26,222 nucleotides of DNA. Source: Candidatus Aerophobota bacterium. GTDB lineage: Bacteria > Aerophobota > Aerophobia > Aerophobales > AE-B3A. The notes below the pieces were generated by a model. It saw nothing but the letters and a program-made list of their open reading frames with translations. It did no database searches and was not told where the DNA came from. Location: NCBI GenBank assembly GCA_004376485.1, contig SOJT01000095.1, positions 1 to 26,222 of the forward strand, read 5' to 3'. Below, piece after piece: positions 1-9,166 of this stretch; the first letter of the stretch is position 1; the number at the start of each line of letters is the position of its first letter. The position numbers and the translations under genes are program-made.

Positions 1-2
1 AT

Positions 3-65
3 CAAGGTTATGTTCTTGACGGTAAAGAGAGTTTAAAAATTACCGTCTCATCAGAAATTTCTTGA
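3..65 (+). CDS. 3' end of an upstream gene (partial; ...QGYVLDGKESLKITVSSEIS*), possibly a Zn-dependent MDR alcohol dehydrogenase
   Basis: Open frame from the window edge to TGA at 63-65, directly followed by an RBS. KESLKITV resembles MDR C-termini (e.g. REALKVIL), but 20 residues are too few to be sure. Confidence 0.4.
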   Translation, partial: QGYVLDGKESLKITVSSEIS

Positions 66-86
66 AGAAAAGGAGGAGAAAATGCC
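53..86 (+). repeat. 34-bp direct repeat, copy 1 (AGAAATTTCTTGAAGAAAAGGAGGAGAAAATGCC)
   Basis: 33/34 identical to 9295-9328; spans a stop codon (GAA ATT TCT TGA), an SD (AGGAGG) and ATG CC. Confidence 0.9.
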
Positions 87-123
87 ATGTGCGTATTGGA
101 TGCATAAAGGAAAAGAGGATTAA
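82..123 (+). pseudogene. 13-codon stub ORF MPCAYWMHKGKED* behind a strong RBS; possible remnant of a deleted gene
   Basis: ATG at 82 preceded by AGGAGG; RBS and first codons (ATG CC) match the start of the AOR gene; TAA at 121-123, 2 nt before the ATPase ATG. Confidence 0.35.
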
Positions 124-125
124 TA

Positions 126-1220
126 ATGGCTGAAGTTGTTCTTAAAGAAGTTTGTAAGAATTATGGTAAAGTTGAAGCAGTCAAAAACGTTAATCTAAAA
201 TGCGAGGATGGACAGTTTATGTGTCTTCTGGGGCCTTCGGGATGTGGAAAATCATCAACTTTAAGAATGATTGCGGGATTAGAACAAATAACTAAGGGGG
301 AGATATATATAGGAGATGGCTTAGTTAACGCTATACCTCCAAAGGATAGAAATATAGCTATGGTGTTTGAAACTTATGCTCTTTATCCTCATCTTTCGGT
401 ATATGGCAACATAGCTTTTCCTTTAAAAATACGAAATTTTTCCAAGTCACAAATTGATAAAAAGGTAAAAGAAGTTGCTGAAATGCTGGACATGAACGAT
501 TTTCTCTCAAAGAGAGTAAGAGGTCTGGGTGATGGACAAAAGCAAAGAGTATCTATTGCAAGGGCCCTAGTGAGGGAACCAGAGGTATTTTTGATGGACG
601 AGCCAATTTCTCACCTGGATGCAAAACTAAGAACCCGAATGAGAGGGGAGCTTAAAAGATTACAGAAAGAAACGGGGATTACCTGTGTTTATGTAACTCA
701 TGATCAGATAGAAGCTATGGCTTTAGGAGATAAAATTGCAGTCATGAATTTTGGGGTTCTCCAACAAGTTGGAACTCCTCAGGAAGTATATGACCACCCC
801 GTAACTGAGTCTGTAGCCGGTTTTATTGGTGAGCCTCCCATGAATTTTTTGGACTGCGCTGTTGCAAGAGAAAAAGGGGATTTACTCTTATTATCACCAT
901 CATTCAAGATATATTTACCCAATAAGATAAAAAAGACTATAGAACAAAAAGGTGTACCTTCTGAGGTTCTTATGGGGGTGAGGCCAACAGATATAGAAGT
1001 ATCGAGAGAAAAATCCGACCCTGAGTCTATTAGAGCAGAGGTCTATACTATCGAGCCAAGAGGAGATGGATTAGTTCTAACTGTCAAACTCGGCAAAAAC
1101 CTTGTTAGGGTGGAGTGTGCAGAGGAGTTTAAGTCAAGAACAGGAGATACAATCTGGTTGAATCCAGAAAAAGAGAGAATTCATCTCTTTGATAAATCTA
1201 CTGGGGTAAGTCTTATTTGA
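126..1220 (+). CDS. Carbohydrate ABC transporter ATP-binding protein (MalK/UgpC-like), importer 1 subunit A; degenerate signature LGDGQ
   Basis: Walker A GPSGCGKS, Walker B/D-loop VFLMDEPISHLD, H-loop YVTHDQ, GFIGEPPMN, C-terminal TOBE-like region. Confidence 0.95.
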   Translation: MAEVVLKEVCKNYGKVEAVKNVNLKCEDGQFMCLLGPSGCGKSSTLRMIAGLEQITKGEIYIGDGLVNAIPPKDRNIAMVFETYALYPHLSVYGNIAFPLKIRNFSKSQIDKKVKEVAEMLDMNDFLSKRVRGLGDGQKQRVSIARALVREPEVFLMDEPISHLDAKLRTRMRGELKRLQKETGITCVYVTHDQIEAMALGDKIAVMNFGVLQQVGTPQEVYDHPVTESVAGFIGEPPMNFLDCAVAREKGDLLLLSPSFKIYLPNKIKKTIEQKGVPSEVLMGVRPTDIEVSREKSDPESIRAEVYTIEPRGDGLVLTVKLGKNLVRVECAEEFKSRTGDTIWLNPEKERIHLFDKSTGVSLI

Positions 1221-1226
1221 GGAGAT

Positions 1227-2342
1227 TTGCAATTGCCAGGAGTTAGTTTAAAAAACATATGGAAGAAATACGGTGGCGTAGAAGCAGTAAAAGGAGTAAG
1301 TTTTGATTGCCAAAAGGGGCAATTTTTTTGTCTGTTAGGTCCTTCAGGGGCAGGCAAAACTTCTATTTTGAAAATGACCGCCGGCGTGGAAGAAGTTACT
1401 TCGGGAGAAATTTATATAGAGGACCGTCTTGTGAATGATGTTAAACCACAGGAGCGGGATATAGCTATGATGTTTGAGAATTATGCTCTTTATCCCCACC
1501 TTACCGTATTTGGAAATATGGCTTCTCCTTTGAGCTCACATATCAGAAAAGCTAAGTATTCCTCAAATGAAATTGGAAAGATTATCAGAGAAACAGCGAG
1601 ATTGCTTTCCATAGAAGAACTCTTGGACCGGTATCCCAGACAGCTATCAGGTGGCCAAAAGCAGCGAGCAGCCCTAGGTAGAGCATTGGTTAGAAAACCC
1701 TCGGTATTTTTACTAGACGAACCTATCTCTCACCTTGATGCTAAATTAAGGCACAATATGAGAACAGAGCTCAAGAAAATTCACGAAGAAGTGGGAGTTT
1801 CCCTCATTTATGCAACTCCCGATCAACTTGAAGCTATATCTATGGCAGATGTCATCGCGGTTATCAATAAGGGAGAAATCCAACAGATAGGAACTCCCGA
1901 GGAGGTATTTGACCACCCTGCAAATGAATTTGTAGCTGGTTTTATTGGTGAACCTCCCATGAACTTATTTAGCTGTTCGTTACGGAAAAAGACTGGAGAG
2001 TTATTTCTGAGAATAGGGGACTTTGAGCTTATGCTTTCCCAAGAAGTGAAGAAAAAATTGGAAGAGCAAATGGTGTCTGATGAAATAAAGGCAGGTATAA
2101 GACCGACCAATTTGCATGTAACAAAAAGGAAAAAAGACAAAAATTCTATCGGTACGGAGATTTATGTTTTTGAACCGCTGGGAAGATACAGCATTGCTAC
2201 AGCAAGAGTTAATAACATACTCTTAAAAATCAAAATAAGGGGACATTTCGAAGCCACAGAAGGTGAACAGGTGTGGTTGAATTTTGACACAAATAAGTTT
2301 CACTTCTTTGAGACAAAATCAGGTTCTGCCATAGTTACCTGA
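1227..2342 (+). CDS. Carbohydrate ABC transporter ATP-binding protein, importer 1 subunit B; H-loop His replaced by Pro
   Basis: TTG start after GGAG; Walker A GPSGAGKT, signature LSGGQ, VFLLDEPISHLD, YATPDQ in place of YVTHDQ. Confidence 0.93.
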   Translation: MQLPGVSLKNIWKKYGGVEAVKGVSFDCQKGQFFCLLGPSGAGKTSILKMTAGVEEVTSGEIYIEDRLVNDVKPQERDIAMMFENYALYPHLTVFGNMASPLSSHIRKAKYSSNEIGKIIRETARLLSIEELLDRYPRQLSGGQKQRAALGRALVRKPSVFLLDEPISHLDAKLRHNMRTELKKIHEEVGVSLIYATPDQLEAISMADVIAVINKGEIQQIGTPEEVFDHPANEFVAGFIGEPPMNLFSCSLRKKTGELFLRIGDFELMLSQEVKKKLEEQMVSDEIKAGIRPTNLHVTKRKKDKNSIGTEIYVFEPLGRYSIATARVNNILLKIKIRGHFEATEGEQVWLNFDTNKFHFFETKSGSAIVT

Positions 2343-2364
2343 TAATATGCCGATTCAACGTGTA

Positions 2365-2393
2365 CTAGTTTCTCCTGAGAAGGAGAGGTCTAG
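2365..2393 (+). other. Intercistronic stem-loop with GAGA tetraloop
   Basis: TCTCCT-GAGA-AGGAGA (2371-2386), extendable through G-U pairs and a 1-nt bulge to CTAG/CTAG. Confidence 0.45.
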
Positions 2394-2410
2394 ATATGGA
2401 AGAGAAGTGA

Positions 2411-2420
2411 AAGGAGGTGA
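2411..2420 (+). promoter_or_regulatory. Orphan Shine-Dalgarno AAGGAGGTGA upstream of binding-protein gene 1
   Basis: Full anti-SD complement with no ATG/GTG/TTG at usable spacing; the gene's own RBS (AAAGGAG) lies ~40 nt downstream. Confidence 0.5.
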
Positions 2421-2468
2421 GGTAGGCAAAGTTAAGAGAAAAAGGCGAACGAAAGGAGATAAACTCTC

Positions 2469-3935
2469 ATGAAAAAAAGCACGATAGTTTACCTGATGGT
2501 AGTTTCGTTAGCTGTGGCACTGGCTTTTGGTACCTTCACCGCACATGCCTGGACTCCCGATGAGCAGGCTCTTCTTGACAAAGCTAAGGAAATCGCTTCA
2601 GACAATGCTGGTGTGTGGTCTCTCGAAGAAGCCGCAAAGCCTTACAGAGGGGTAACCCTGAAAATACTGGCCGACGCTGCAACAGAAGCCGATGCTCCAC
2701 AAAACTATGATTCTGAGTTCATCAAAATGACCGGAATTAAGGTGCTATGGGAACAGAATCCCTGGGATGAGCACAGGTCAAAAATGTTTATGGATTTTGC
2801 AGCGGGGACAGGAATCTACGATCTGGTATGGGTACCTTTTGATGATATGGCCAGTGTCACGGGAAAAGGATACGTACAGCCCGTTGATAAATTTATGCTC
2901 AACCCTAAGCTTCTTGACCCCAACATCAACCTGGATGACTACTCAGAGGCTCTGTGGAAATATACCAGCTGGTACGGAAAACCCGCCAAGCCGTATGGAT
3001 TTCCCTGCGAGAATCCCACTATGATTCTGTGGTACAGGAAGGACCTGTTCGACAACCCTACAGAGAAAGCCAATTTCAAGAAGACCTACAGATACGAGCT
3101 TCAGGTACCGAAGAATTTTGAACAGTACAACCACATTGCTGAGTTCTTTACCCGGAAAAAGGGAGAACGATTGGCGGGTGAGGTTCTTGACCGAGATTTC
3201 TACGGAGTCGGCCAGTCTGGCAAAAGACACTGGGCATCAGTCTGCGAGTGGATGAATCTTGCCTCCACCTGGGGGGGTCCTACCTGGGGTGGAACTCTGG
3301 ATGAGAACGACGATGTAGTAATTAATCGCCCGGAGAATGTGGAGGCTTTAGAGTACTGGATATCCCTTTTCAGGTTTTCCCCTCCTGGTTCTGTGGACTG
3401 GTACTGGGATCTAAAAAGTACAGCTTTCCAGAAGAATATAGTGGCTATGGCTTTAGCTTGGAATGATCAATCTTATGAGATAGAGGATCCTGAAAAGTCT
3501 GAAGTTGCCGGAAAGATGGGCTACGATTTGATTCCCATCCAAAAATACCCGGTGAGTCACTTTGGTTCGTGGAGCTGGACTATACCCACTAAAGCTAAGA
3601 ATCCCGACGCTGCGTGGCTATATCTACAATGGGTAAACTCCAGAGACATTGCGCTCAAGTGTGCTTTGGAAGGAGCTATGCCCTCGAGAAAGTATGTTTT
3701 TGACAGCCCGGAAATTTCTGCTATTCCGTTTATGCCAGCTACCAAAAAGGCTTTGGACCACGCTTTTCCAAGACCCGTGCACAGGCCCGAATGGGGCGAA
3801 ATGGGTGAGATACTTGCACTTTATCTGACCAAGGCACACCGAATGGAAATGACAGCACAGGAAGCTCTGGACAAAGTAGCCGTAGAATGGCAAAGGCTTC
3901 TGGGGACAAGCATAGTTCATCCACCAAAGACATAG
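2469..3935 (+). CDS. Extracellular solute-binding protein, family 1 (sugar/polyol), importer 1
   Basis: Sec signal peptide ending AHA; motifs TGIKV, YDLVWV, LWYRKDLF, P..AWLYLQW typical of CUT1 binding proteins; RBS AAAGGAG. Confidence 0.92.
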   Translation: MKKSTIVYLMVVSLAVALAFGTFTAHAWTPDEQALLDKAKEIASDNAGVWSLEEAAKPYRGVTLKILADAATEADAPQNYDSEFIKMTGIKVLWEQNPWDEHRSKMFMDFAAGTGIYDLVWVPFDDMASVTGKGYVQPVDKFMLNPKLLDPNINLDDYSEALWKYTSWYGKPAKPYGFPCENPTMILWYRKDLFDNPTEKANFKKTYRYELQVPKNFEQYNHIAEFFTRKKGERLAGEVLDRDFYGVGQSGKRHWASVCEWMNLASTWGGPTWGGTLDENDDVVINRPENVEALEYWISLFRFSPPGSVDWYWDLKSTAFQKNIVAMALAWNDQSYEIEDPEKSEVAGKMGYDLIPIQKYPVSHFGSWSWTIPTKAKNPDAAWLYLQWVNSRDIALKCALEGAMPSRKYVFDSPEISAIPFMPATKKALDHAFPRPVHRPEWGEMGEILALYLTKAHRMEMTAQEALDKVAVEWQRLLGTSIVHPPKT

Positions 3936-3950
3936 TAAAGAAGGTAATAC

Positions 3951-3988
3951 CCGGAAGATGGGGTGGGTTTACTCATCCCGTCTTTCGG
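3951..3988 (+). terminator. 17-bp RNA hairpin (4 G-U pairs) after binding-protein gene 1; stabiliser/attenuator rather than a classical terminator
   Basis: CCGGAAGATGGGGTGGG-TTTA-CTCATCCCGTCTTTCGG pairs fully when G-U is allowed; no U-tract follows. Confidence 0.65.
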
Positions 3989-4007
3989 TCAAGATAAGGA
4001 GAAGACC

Positions 4008-4892
4008 GTGCTAAAACGGAAGTATACTGGATATCTCTTACTCCTTCCAACTTTGGCTTTGTTGGCGTTTCTCAGTCTAGTTCCTTTTATTTATGCTTTT
4101 AACTTGAGCCTGCGTGACTTGAATCTGAGAATCCCTCGGTTAGCAGGACAGTTTGTTGGCGTGGATAATTTCAGGTATCTAATGAGAGAGGATTCTGAAT
4201 TCTGGCATTCCATGGGGATCACCGTGCTTTTTTTGGTAGTGGTGGTAAGCATAGAGTTTGTAGCGGGGTTTGCTTTGGCTCTACTCTTAAATCGAGAGTT
4301 TAAGGGGAAAAGGATCGTGGTCTCTTTAGCCGTAATTCCTATGATGATAGCTCCTGTCGCAGTGGGACTGATGTGGAGGGTTGCCCTCAACTACGAACTG
4401 GGCATAGTAACTTACCTCTTGAAAAGTATAGGTATACCTATGAAAGAGGCATTATTGGGAACCTCTGCTACTGCACTAGCCACACTTATGGTTATTGATA
4501 TATGGCAATGGACTCCCTTCATATTTCTCATAATACTAGCTGGGCTTCACAGTTTGCCCAAAGAACCGTATGAGGCTGCTCAGGTGGACGGCGCTTCTAA
4601 ATGGAAAATATTCCGTCTGGTAACTCTTCCCTTGCTAAAACCTTTGATAATCATTGCTTTACTTTTAAGGGTAATAGACGCCTTCAAAACTTTCGATCAG
4701 GTTTATATTCTCACCGGAGGCGGACCAGGAAATGCCACTGATTTGGTCTGCATGTTTGCTTACAGGACTAATTTCAAGATATGGAATCTGGGGTATGGAG
4801 CGGCTGTAGTGCTGGTCATTTTTCTCGTGATCCTTATAGTAACCGCTTTCTTTTATGCTGTTACTCAGAAAAAAGAGGAGGAGGTAGTATAA
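4008..4892 (+). CDS. Carbohydrate ABC transporter permease (MalF/UgpA-like), importer 1
   Basis: EAA loop YEAAQVDGASKWKIFRLVTLPLL, FVGVDNF, DIWQWTPF. Start moved from 3963 to GTG 4008, which follows AAGGAG and avoids the hairpin. Confidence 0.92.
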   Translation: MLKRKYTGYLLLLPTLALLAFLSLVPFIYAFNLSLRDLNLRIPRLAGQFVGVDNFRYLMREDSEFWHSMGITVLFLVVVVSIEFVAGFALALLLNREFKGKRIVVSLAVIPMMIAPVAVGLMWRVALNYELGIVTYLLKSIGIPMKEALLGTSATALATLMVIDIWQWTPFIFLIILAGLHSLPKEPYEAAQVDGASKWKIFRLVTLPLLKPLIIIALLLRVIDAFKTFDQVYILTGGGPGNATDLVCMFAYRTNFKIWNLGYGAAVVLVIFLVILIVTAFFYAVTQKKEEEVV

Positions 4893-4893
4893 G

Positions 4894-5739
4894 TTGAAAA
4901 AAACAAAAGTCCTTACTTCGAGAAGACAGTTCATAGAGATAGGGCTTCTATCCGTGGCTGCTTTCATCGTATTTCTGGAAGTTGCCCCTTTTTTGTGGAT
5001 AGTATTAATGTCTTTTAAGAGCAGACTGGATATTTTTGAGATTCCACCTAAGTTAATATTCAATCCTATTCTGGACAACTATTATAATGCTTTTGTGGAA
5101 GGCCCTTTTAGCAAGTATCTGATTAATTCCTTGATTATCGACTCCTCAAGTACGGCTCTGGCAATTCTGATTGGAACTCTGGCTGCCTATGCTTTTTCCA
5201 GATTTAAAATATGGGGTGGAAAACAAATTTTCTTTTACATTCTTACTACCAGGATGTGTCCTCCCGTTGTGGTTGCTCTTCCCTTGTTTATGATTTATTC
5301 AAAGCTAAAGTTATATGATACCCATATTGGAGTAATTCTGATACATACTATTTTTAATTTAGCTCTGGTTATATGGTTGATGAGAGGTTTCTTTGATGAG
5401 ATTCCTCAAGAAATAGACCAGGCAGCTATGATTGATGGTCATAGTGAGTGGACTATTTTCAGAAAGTTTATCTTTCCTTTAGTTCTCCCCGGAATTGTAG
5501 TTAGCGCTATGTTCTGTCTGGTATTCTCCTGGAATGAATTTTTATTTGCCTTGATCCTAACCCAATTTGACGCAACCACTCTACCCGTTGGAGTTCCTCA
5601 ACTCGTGACTTCCAGAGGGACATACTGGGGACAAGTTGCCGCAGTGGGAGTGGTTATTACCCTACCGGTATTAATTTTTGCTGTGACTTTCCACAGGTAT
5701 CTGATAAGAGGGCTCACTTTCGGTGCTATCAAAACATAG
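4894..5739 (+). CDS. Carbohydrate ABC transporter permease (MalG/UgpE-like), importer 1
   Basis: TTG start after GAGGAGG; AAYAFSRF, EIDQAAMIDG, FSWNEFLFAL, RGLTFGAIK. Confidence 0.93.
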   Translation: MKKTKVLTSRRQFIEIGLLSVAAFIVFLEVAPFLWIVLMSFKSRLDIFEIPPKLIFNPILDNYYNAFVEGPFSKYLINSLIIDSSSTALAILIGTLAAYAFSRFKIWGGKQIFFYILTTRMCPPVVVALPLFMIYSKLKLYDTHIGVILIHTIFNLALVIWLMRGFFDEIPQEIDQAAMIDGHSEWTIFRKFIFPLVLPGIVVSAMFCLVFSWNEFLFALILTQFDATTLPVGVPQLVTSRGTYWGQVAAVGVVITLPVLIFAVTFHRYLIRGLTFGAIKT

Positions 5740-5766
5740 TGATCATACATCTCGAGGCGATCTAAT

Positions 5767-5928
5767 ATGTCAATAGGAGACCGTATATTCTGGTCGATGA
5801 TTTGTTTCTTTGTAATTTCTCTCTTATGGTTGAAATTTGTAGAACCGTTTGTGCCTCTGTGGGGTTCTTTGTTTGTATCAGGAGTAGTGGCAGTTGTAAT
5901 TGCTACCCATAAACTGAAAAAGAAATAA
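5767..5928 (+). CDS. 53-aa membrane protein, GlpU/DUF2160-like accessory subunit (MSIGDRIFWSMICFFVISLLWLKFVEPFVPLWGSLFVSGVVAVVIATHKLKKK)
   Basis: Translated by hand (below the ORF-track cutoff). GAGG RBS, two hydrophobic segments, GDR(I/L)F motif; ungapped paralog at 15243-15410 in the same position after the second permease. Confidence 0.8.
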   Translation: MSIGDRIFWSMICFFVISLLWLKFVEPFVPLWGSLFVSGVVAVVIATHKLKKK

Positions 5929-6013
5929 TTCTCAAAAAAACTAAACCTACCTGTAAAAATATTGCGGCTGAGAAGTTCAAAATATTTCGAGAAAGCCTAG
6001 TTTTTGCGCCCAT

Positions 6014-6041
6014 TTGAAACCTCCTCTTTTCTTATTATACT
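6014..6041 (+). promoter_or_regulatory. Putative sigma70-type promoter TTGAAA-N16-TATACT
   Basis: Near-consensus hexamers ~80 nt upstream of the 6121 start in an AT-rich intergenic region. Confidence 0.4.
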
Positions 6042-6120
6042 TACTTTTGAGGACATCTCAAGTCAAAGTCATAACAAATTAGTTTCTTTTTGAGTCCCAT
6101 AAGGTCTGAGACATTTCAAG

Positions 6121-9015
6121 ATGAAGAGTAAAGTTATAAGTGAGCGGACAATCAATAGTCTTTATGGAATAATTCTAATACTATTTTTCTTTTCTGGAGT
6201 TAGTGCCCTAACCTACCAGATAATATGGGTGAAAACGCTGGGCTTGGTGTTTGGAGTTGCTACTTTTGCAGTAAGTGCGGTCTTAAGTTCCTTTATGGCC
6301 GGGTTGACATTGGGGAGTTTGTGCTTTGGGAGAGTCGTAGATAAGCACAGGGCTCCTCTAAAAATATTTGCCTTCCTGGAGCTGGGAATCGGAGTATTTG
6401 CTTTATTATTCCCTTTTCTCCTTTCCAAAATAACCCATAGTTATATTTACACGTATTGGCATTTTCACACCAGTTTTTACTTGTTTAGCTTACTTCGTTT
6501 CTTAATGATCTTTTCTCTGCTGTTGGTTCCTACTTTTTTGATGGGAGGTACCTTACCGGTTTTAAGCAAGCTTTGTGTTAGGAACCTGAAAATTTTGGGT
6601 CAGAAAGTAGGAACCCTTTATTCAGTTAATAATTTAGGTGCAGCTTTTGGCTGTTTCCTTACCGGTTTCTTTTTGGTCCGTTTAATCGGACTTACTAACA
6701 GTATTTATCTTGCTGCTGCAATAAACATTTCAATAGCAATAAGTAGTCTTATTTTAAGTAGGTCTTCCTTTACGTTTCCGGAAAATCCTACCCCCAAGGG
6801 AGCTAGTTCCCGGATGATAAACCCGAGACCAGTTCCCAAAAAAGAGAAGAAAGCTGAACACTCCAGTACTTTCTTGATTTACCTTTTGCTGATAATTTTC
6901 ACTATAAGCGGGTTTATCTCCCTGGCATACGAGGTCATCTGGACCCGAATTCTTTCTGCTTCAGTACTTGCTAACTCTGTTTACTCTTTTAGCACAGTAG
7001 TAATTACTGTTATAGTGGGTCTGGCTGTGGGGAGTTTTATTTGTGCCAGATTTATAGATAAAAAACAAGATGTATTAACTTTGTTTGGTATTGTTGAAGC
7101 AGGTATTGGAGTATCTGCCTTTTTGCTATTGCCAGCTTTTAACAGAATACCTTTTATAATTGGAAGTATATCCCCGGCTCTTTTTGGTTCCGCACCCTCC
7201 TGGAGTATGTCTGTAGCCTCAGAATTTTTTCCCGCCTTTTTATTAATGATTATTCCTACTACTCTTATGGGAATGACCTTTCCTTTAATGAGTAAGATTT
7301 ACACAAGGAGTTTGCGTAAATTGGGAAGTAAGATTGGGGAAGTTAACAGTCTTGATACAGCAGGAGCTGTTTTTGGTTCTTTTGCTGCAGGTTTTTTATT
7401 TATTCCTTGGCTTGGCATGCAAAAAAGCATTGTGGCACTTTCTCTGTTGAGCATAGGAATGGGTGGTATAGTTATTTATTTCAATCCCCACACTAGAAAA
7501 ATGCTAAAATGGGCACTTATTTCTCTTCTGGTGGTGATAGTAATGGCAAGTATTGCCTTTATCCCGCGTGATTTTGATTTTTGGAGAAAAGGTAGGGTAC
7601 CTGGAGAAAGACTGCTGTATTACAGGGAAGATGCTGCAGCCACAGTTGTAGTGCGGGAATATCCCCAAGGTGGTCGATTAAACCGCGTTTTGGAGGTTGA
7701 CGGTACAGATGTTGCGGGAACAGATTATATGCTTAAGAGCACTCAAAAACTCCAAGGTCATCTCCCTCTACTGATCCATAAAGCTCCTGAAAAAGTCCTC
7801 ATTGTTGGATTCGGGAGTGGAGGAACCACCTGGGCAGTATCCCGGCATAATGTGAAAAGGATAGATACCGTTGAGCTTGTTCCCAGCGTAATAGAAGCTG
7901 CTGCCAGACATTTTACCGAAGTTAATCATGGGGTAATAAACGATCCTCGAGTCAATATCAAAGTTGGTGATGGTAGAAATTTTGTTCTAACCACTCAGGA
8001 AAAGTATGATGTAATACTAACCGAGTCAATTCATCCCATATATGCTGGTAATGGCAATTTATACAGTCGGGAGTATTTTAACTTATGCAAGGAGAAATTG
8101 ACGGAGAATGGAATTATGAGTGTATGGATTCCTCTATGGGCTTTGCCTGAGCAGCATTTCAAGATGATTATAGAAACATTCCGTCAGGTATTTCCTCATT
8201 CTACACTCTGGTATGTAGCAAACTGTTTAAATCGGCAGGTATATCTAATAGGCAGTAGAGATAAGCTGAAAATCGACTTCAAATCCTTGCAAATCCGGAT
8301 GTCTATGGAAAACGTTGCCCAGGATCTGGAAGAGATTGGGATGAACAATCCATTTCTTCTGTTAAGTTCATTTATGATGAAAGAGGTTTCTCTCAAAAGA
8401 TACGCAAAAGGAGCAAAAATAAACAGCGATGATCATCCTCTTCTGGAATATTTTGATTACCCCTATTTAGAATTCTTTCCCTCTGAGAGCTTCCATGTAA
8501 GAACTGTATATGAGAATCTTTCCGCCATTGAGGACTACAAAGAGGAGGTAACGCCCTTTTTGATTAATCTTGGAGATGATAAAGAAGAAGTTGAAGAAGT
8601 AAAGCAAATGTTGTCAATATATTCTAAATCTACAAAGCACACCACCAAGGGTATAATTTATTCTTTAAGGGGGAGACTGAAACAGGCTATTCAGGAGTAT
8701 GGGAGAGCTTTGGAGACAAATCCTCAGGATAAATCGGCTCAACGGTTACTAACTCACTTACTCGAGCATATTTATGTGAACAGAGGCAATGAGCTGCAGT
8801 ATAAAGGGGATATCGAGGGGGCAATTGCCTCTTACAAAAAGGCGCTGGAAGTGAATCCTAATTCTACTATCGCCCGTTATAACTTAGCTCTAACTTATTT
8901 AAGGAAAGGAATGAGAGAAGAGGCAAAGATTGAATTAAAGAAAGCTTTACAGATAGACCCAGAAATGAAAGCTGCCCAGAGACTGCTGGGTCAGTTGGAA
9001 AATTTTGAATACTAA
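6121..9015 (+). CDS. Fused multi-TM membrane domain / spermidine-synthase-like SAM-binding domain / TPR protein
   Basis: Two tandem membrane repeats (SGVSALTYQIIW...FLMGGTLP and SGFISLAYEVIW...TLMGMTFP); VLIVGFGSGGT, VELVPSV, GDGRNF, YDVILTESIHP; C-terminal TPR-like helices (AIASYKKALEVNP, ARYNLALTY). Confidence 0.88.
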   Translation: MKSKVISERTINSLYGIILILFFFSGVSALTYQIIWVKTLGLVFGVATFAVSAVLSSFMAGLTLGSLCFGRVVDKHRAPLKIFAFLELGIGVFALLFPFLLSKITHSYIYTYWHFHTSFYLFSLLRFLMIFSLLLVPTFLMGGTLPVLSKLCVRNLKILGQKVGTLYSVNNLGAAFGCFLTGFFLVRLIGLTNSIYLAAAINISIAISSLILSRSSFTFPENPTPKGASSRMINPRPVPKKEKKAEHSSTFLIYLLLIIFTISGFISLAYEVIWTRILSASVLANSVYSFSTVVITVIVGLAVGSFICARFIDKKQDVLTLFGIVEAGIGVSAFLLLPAFNRIPFIIGSISPALFGSAPSWSMSVASEFFPAFLLMIIPTTLMGMTFPLMSKIYTRSLRKLGSKIGEVNSLDTAGAVFGSFAAGFLFIPWLGMQKSIVALSLLSIGMGGIVIYFNPHTRKMLKWALISLLVVIVMASIAFIPRDFDFWRKGRVPGERLLYYREDAAATVVVREYPQGGRLNRVLEVDGTDVAGTDYMLKSTQKLQGHLPLLIHKAPEKVLIVGFGSGGTTWAVSRHNVKRIDTVELVPSVIEAAARHFTEVNHGVINDPRVNIKVGDGRNFVLTTQEKYDVILTESIHPIYAGNGNLYSREYFNLCKEKLTENGIMSVWIPLWALPEQHFKMIIETFRQVFPHSTLWYVANCLNRQVYLIGSRDKLKIDFKSLQIRMSMENVAQDLEEIGMNNPFLLLSSFMMKEVSLKRYAKGAKINSDDHPLLEYFDYPYLEFFPSESFHVRTVYENLSAIEDYKEEVTPFLINLGDDKEEVEEVKQMLSIYSKSTKHTTKGIIYSLRGRLKQAIQEYGRALETNPQDKSAQRLLTHLLEHIYVNRGNELQYKGDIEGAIASYKKALEVNPNSTIARYNLALTYLRKGMREEAKIELKKALQIDPEMKAAQRLLGQLENFEY

Positions 9016-9097
9016 ATGGTACTCTTACAGGAGGGCTCCCTTTTTGTAGTGATTTTATTGATAATTAGAAAGTACTTAATTAGAGGAATGACTCTGG

Positions 9098-9160
9098 GAA
9101 TTACAAAATGATAGTGATATTTAAATAGATGGGGCTTCATTTTTCAGAAATTTGTAATTC
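9098..9160. repeat. 10-bp perfect inverted repeat GAATTACAAA (9098-9107) / TTTGTAATTC (9151-9160)
   Basis: Exact reverse complements with a 43-bp spacer; the right arm ends 6 bp upstream of the -35 box of the AOR promoter. Confidence 0.5.
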
Positions 9161-9166
9161 GAGCTA

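Noticed and set aside
18-47. 8-bp inverted repeat GACGGTAA/TTACCGTC with nearby TTGACG
   Set aside because: Lies within the probable upstream coding frame, no -10 at proper spacing; could be chance.
9029-9045. GGAG-GG-CTCC followed by a T-run after the spermidine-synthase-like gene
   Set aside because: Stem too short (4 bp, 2-nt loop) to call an intrinsic terminator.
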